The notes beneath the pieces are model-generated. The model saw only the letters and a program-made list of their open reading frames with translations, was not told the DNA's origin and ran no database searches. Of a stretch of DNA of 64,000 nt, positions 63,951 to 64,000 are shown in pieces. The translations under genes and the position numbers were made by a program. Origin of the DNA: Octopus vulgaris. Its lineage: Eukaryota. Position 1 is the first letter of the stretch, and each line of letters begins with the position of its first letter. The stretch spans positions 77,252,001-77,316,000 of the forward strand of contig OX597818.1 of assembly GCA_951406725.2 (NCBI GenBank), written 5' to 3'.

Positions 63951-64000
63951 TTTATCATGTAACTTCTCTCATTCCACCACCTGTGTAACAAGGCAGGTAT

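Overview
AT-rich, microsatellite-rich animal genomic DNA. The repeat landscape (tRNA-derived SINEs, RTE LINE tails ending in (GAT)n, TA/AG microsatellites) resembles an octopus or other coleoid cephalopod; this is inference, not proof. Almost the whole window is one minus-strand gene, an SLC37A1/SLC37A2-type sugar-phosphate:Pi exchanger of the MFS family. I traced 15 GT-AG exons from 62038 down to the stop at 1446. They splice in frame (1260 nt, 419 aa plus stop), and the N-terminal exons lie beyond the window's right edge. The introns hold mobile DNA: a near full-length but disabled Naiad-type Penelope-like element (PLE) nested in an older PLE relic, a DD36E Tc1-family transposon, other Tc1/mariner relics and MITEs, TTAA MITEs, non-autonomous Helitrons, RTE, CR1 and R4/Dong LINE fragments, and many SINEs. 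The most striking unexplained signal is a set of unrelated type I hammerhead-ribozyme (HHR) motifs in the introns. Four loci show them as divergent inverted pairs, usually abutting (TA)n. The best case is a young non-coding 551-bp tandem unit (45298-46764) with an intact HHR core and a putative small intron, arranged as a ~616-bp-arm palindrome. It is a candidate retrozyme or non-autonomous PLE system. All RNA folds were read by eye and none were computed.
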